Of a DNA stretch of 64,000 nt, positions 60,279 through 64,000 are shown piece by piece. The notes under the pieces were generated by a model. The model worked only from the letters and a program-made list of their open reading frames with translations. It was not told where the DNA came from and searched no databases. The DNA is taken from contig OZ218959.1 of assembly GCA_965112735.1 (NCBI GenBank), forward strand, positions 1,240,001 through 1,304,000, given 5' to 3'. Source of the stretch: Phaeosaccion multiseriatum (taxonomy: Eukaryota; Protista; Ochrophyta, other classes). The translations under genes and the position numbers were made by a program. The first letter of the stretch is position 1. Every line of letters begins with the position of its first letter.

Positions 60279-61196
60279 TTTGGAGGAAGGAGTGAGGGGG
60301 AGGCAGTTGGAAAAAAAGTGGCTTCCATTCGTCAGGCCTGAATCACTCACGCGCCGTCGGATGCATCCCCCCCCTCGGGGACCGTTCTTACTTCTTCTCT
60401 CCACCCCACCTGCCTCTCTGCCGCTGCCGCGTGGCCCGCTTTTGCCGGGGGGGGGGGGGGGGAGTCATGACCTCGAGCTTGTTGCGGGCCCTCTAAAAAG
60501 AGCCCGTCACACTTGCTGTATTCGAAGTCCGTCGGGTGGGAGCGCCATGGTGACACCCCAACTAAGAGCGCCTTCCTCTCCATTGGCGGCAGACAGCCTC
60601 CACTGACACCACTGACTCTGACACTGAACTCTGGCTTGCTGGGCCTGGACTTTTACTGGGCCACAGCCATGCAGCAAAACCAAATCCCCCCCCTACATTA
60701 TCTACAATGCGATGGTGGTGGAGGAGGCATGTGCGCTTAGGCCGTGTGGATCAGCGCGCGGATCTAGGCTCCAAACAACTGCAAGAGAAGCGTGGTGCCC
60801 GACGCGCATCTGTCCTCCTCGCAGCCCCCGGCACCAACTAATAATAATCCTCTCTAACTCCCGCGTCGTGTACTACCAACAGCTATTCTTGATGGGGCGA
60901 GACTGGCTCTTTATCTTCTTCGCGCCGGTCAAAGCTTCTTTACAGTGTGATCGAAAATGTGCGATCGAGACGAGTAAAAACTGCGAGGAAAACAGAGCGA
61001 GAGGTTGGGCGGGAGCGAGCGCGGGAGAGAGAGACGGCTTCTCCGAGCTAGGAAGAGCCTCTTGGGGGCACAGGATGGAATGAGTTCAAAACAGCGAGAG
61101 AAACTTGCGCGAAACAACCCGCTAGCGACGCTAAGCGAAGCAGCGAGCTCCTCAGCCCCTCTCCAGGCGAAGCCATCCCCCCCTACTTCGGCGGCG

Positions 61197-61993
61197 ATGG
61201 AGGGGATACTGCCTCCGCCAGCGAAGAGACCGCGGTTAGGAGGGGAGCCGCAGCCCCGGCACCACCACCACCACCACCACCACCACCACCACCACCACCA
61301 CCACCACCACCACCACTACCTCCGCCACCTTGTTCAACAGCGAGAGCAGCAGCAACAATCGCAGCAGAAGCAGCCACTGCGACAGGAGCAGCGGCGGGGG
61401 GCGGAAGCGGCTCCGAAGCAACCGTCTATGGACTACTCGGAAAGTAACAATGCCATCTACATATGCTGCGAAGTGCCTAAAATTCGGGCGGAGGATATGC
61501 AGTGAGTATGTAGGACAGCGCCTCCCGAGGGCGGATCATTGCGATGACGTGTCCTCCCCTGACCTTCGCTGTAGTGGCCGAGCATGCCATCTTTTCTGTT
61601 CTTCCGACTCACTCCGCGCTTTGATCACTCGACCCACAGCGTCAGCTTCAACGAGTGGAACCGAGAACTGACCATCACCGCGATATGGCTCGAGCCGCTG
61701 AAGGAGGAAGGGCAACAGAGGCGCTCCAGGCACTTGCGTAGGACTTTCTGTCTGCCCGACGATGTCAGCCCTCACGGAGCAACGGCTGAGCTCAGCAAGT
61801 GAGTTGGGGCTGTGCGGAGATAACATCACGAAGCAGCAGCAAGGAACATTAATCCCCCTCCTAACTCCTCGCCCCTCATCTCGTTACTGGCGGTGTTGCG
61901 TTGCTCCGCTGCTTCTCGATTATCAGAGACTCCGTGCTACGCATCTGCTTCCTCAAGAAGAATATGAAGAGGCCCCTGCTCGTCACGGCGTGA
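61197..61993 (+). CDS. Divergent HSP20/ACD protein, copy 2, with poly-His/poly-Gln N-terminus; exons 61197-61501, 61640-61798 and 61927-61993
   Basis: MDYSESNNAIYICCEVPKIRAEDMH VSFNEWNRELTITA..LRRTFCLPDDVSPHGATAELSK DSVLRICFLKK; intron positions match copy 1. Confidence 0.8.
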
Positions 61994-63125
61994 GGCAAGC
62001 ACCGCGCTACAAGGGGCAAAGTGGGCGGGGAGACACATCGAGTGCCGTCACCAACATCAAGCACACTGTGTGTAAGGGGCAGGGAGGGGGGGGGTCGAAG
62101 CATGAAGACATATCCAGGTATCATAGACCGCCGCTGCGAGGAAAGCGGCGCGGCTCCAACCGTACAAGCGAAGCAAGGCATGGCAAGGCGACAAGGCCTA
62201 GAAGCGAAGCAAGGGCATGGGGGCTACATGCAGCCAGAAGCACTCCTTTGTGACGCAGTCAGCCGCACATTTTTTATCCACAGGAGTTTAGTAGTTGAGA
62301 AAGACGTACGCGTATATACAAACGCCAATGCTGGTAGGACATTGCCGGCTTCCAGCACGCCTTCTTTGGCCAAGGGGCACAGCGGCACAGCACAGCAGCT
62401 TCTATCGATCGACACTTGTCGGCCCAGAGCGTGCAGTGGAGCTCAGTCACGAGGCTGGCCGTGGGCAAAGGTAGTAGCCACCATGTGGTCATTGAGACAG
62501 TTAAAAAGAAGGGCAGGCATGGCAGGCATGGCACTCACACGGTCCTGGGGCAGCTTACAGTGCTGGAGAATAATAAATGAAGCTATATTAGCGAGAAAGT
62601 TACACACAATAGAGCCGTGGCCTAGGTGCCGTGTCCGACAAGCGGAGTTTGCGTGACGAAAGGCAGCAGCGCGAAGCAGCTCGGGCGCCACACAGGACTC
62701 CTTCACGCGGGTAGATTACGAGAGTCTTGCCGGCATGCGTGGGTGCGTGCGTGTGTGTGCGTGCGTGCGTGTGTGTGCGTGCGTGCGTGCGTATGTGCGT
62801 GTGTACATGTTCGAATGCGGGCGTAGCGTGGAGTAGGGCTTCCGGCACGCGACCTATCTAAGCCCAGGCGTCCATCCTATCCTGCCCACCCGTTACTTAC
62901 TCTTGTCGCTCCATCACAGCGCTGCTTCGGACGGCTTGAACGCGCAACATCACTCTGTTCTTACATCCCGCGGTGCGTTGCTGGTGGCGGAGGTTCGCTC
63001 GCGCGGGGACATTCCTTCAGAGTGAATTGGCTCTCCTCGCCCGCGGAGCATCGCTGTGAAGGAGGGGTTATGAACGGCGCTTTCTCATAAGTCTTGGGGC
63101 GTTGGCGCGTAGCTTCAAGAGTATT

Positions 63126-63215
63126 GATCCGCCGAAGCGGGGTACAACTTCGGACTCGCCTTCACTACCCAGTCAAGGGCTGCTTACGGAAGGAGACGCG
63201 AAGCACACCATGCAG
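63126..63215 (-). pseudogene. Orphan remnant of HSP20 exon 3 (GVLRVSFRK)
   Basis: TGCTTACGGAAGGAGACGCGAAGCACAC (63181) matches TGCTTTCGGAAGGAGACGCGAAGAACAC (59594); no acceptor AG or upstream exons are visible. Confidence 0.65.
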
Positions 63216-63516
63216 CCAAGTCAAAGTCAGTATGTGGAGGAGCCACGACGCGAGTCGGCGTTGGCCGATCTATTCGTAGAGCAGCCGTGAGCAAAAGGGG
63301 ATTTATCGGCTTCTTCTGGAGCGCTCAGACTCAGCTCGGCCCAGTGCTGGGGCTCCCTCTCCTAGCCACAGCAGACTGTACATTCTCCGCTCTCGCTATT
63401 GTCGCTCGATTTCTCTCTGTCGCACTGCTTGGGCAGAGCCCTTTTAACACCTTCAATCTACTGTCACTTAAATTCTTTCTTTGTCAAGCACATGAGTACC
63501 CCCTTTTGACGAGGTC

Positions 63517-64000
63517 ATGAAGTTGGGCATGAACGGGAAGAAGCGAGAGCGAGAGGGGGAGAGCGAGATAGAGGCCCCTCTCGTTATCGCGAGCTCGTCA
63601 GGCCATCTTGGCGAAAAGGCTTCTCTTCCATTGGGGCACGTAGTTCATCTCCTGGTAGGGCAGGGGAAGAGGCTGTCTCCGACTCCTGGCAGCGCAAAGG
63701 GGCCGCTCGCCGCTCAGCAGCAACAGCAGCAGCTGCAGCAGGAGCAGCTGCAGAAGGAGCGCCAGGAGCCCCAAGGGCGGCCGCCATTCATGCCCACCAA
63801 CTGCTCAGAGTGCACCAAGGCCATCTATATCAGCTGCGAGCTTCCGAATGTGAAGACGGAGGACATTCAGTGAGTATAAAAGGAGCGAAACCTTGAATCT
63901 CATCTGCGCTTACTCCGAGCTTGCTTCGTTGCCTTGGATCGCCCCATCCACAGCGTCACGTTCAATGAGCGGACCCGCGAGCTGACCATCACCGCGGAAG
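63517..64000 (+). CDS. Divergent HSP20/ACD protein, copy 3 (partial, runs off the window)
   Basis: NCSECTKAIYISCELPNVKTEDIH VTFNERTRELTITAE, with the same phase-2 intron (about 63870-63952). Confidence 0.8.

Overview
Intron-rich, microsatellite-laden eukaryotic DNA. The bZIP-LOV aureochrome indicates a photosynthetic stramenopile (ochrophyte) alga. I reconstructed about 16 spliced or intronless genes by eye: a UAS/UBX protein, aureochrome, an LRR/coiled-coil protein, an alpha/beta hydrolase, a signal-peptide TPR-GT41 glycosyltransferase, IMP1, a NUDT17-like Nudix hydrolase, a large coiled-coil (CSPP1/CCDC66-like) protein, a tandem-Tudor/ARL13 fusion, an ABCB half-transporter with a zinc finger, NOP58, a HAD nucleotidase, a multi-TM protein and a cluster of divergent HSP20/alpha-crystallin genes. 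Mobile DNA comprises a 5'-truncated CRE-like non-LTR retrotransposon with an inverted 5' end and at least one MITE. The most unusual unexplained signal is a fixed 9-nt interruption, (CAG)n-TTGGTGATA-(CAG)n. It recurs at least 9 times exactly (12-mer GTTGGTGATACA) in unrelated genes, in different reading frames, in introns and on both strands. Exon boundaries are hand-derived and no database searches were run.
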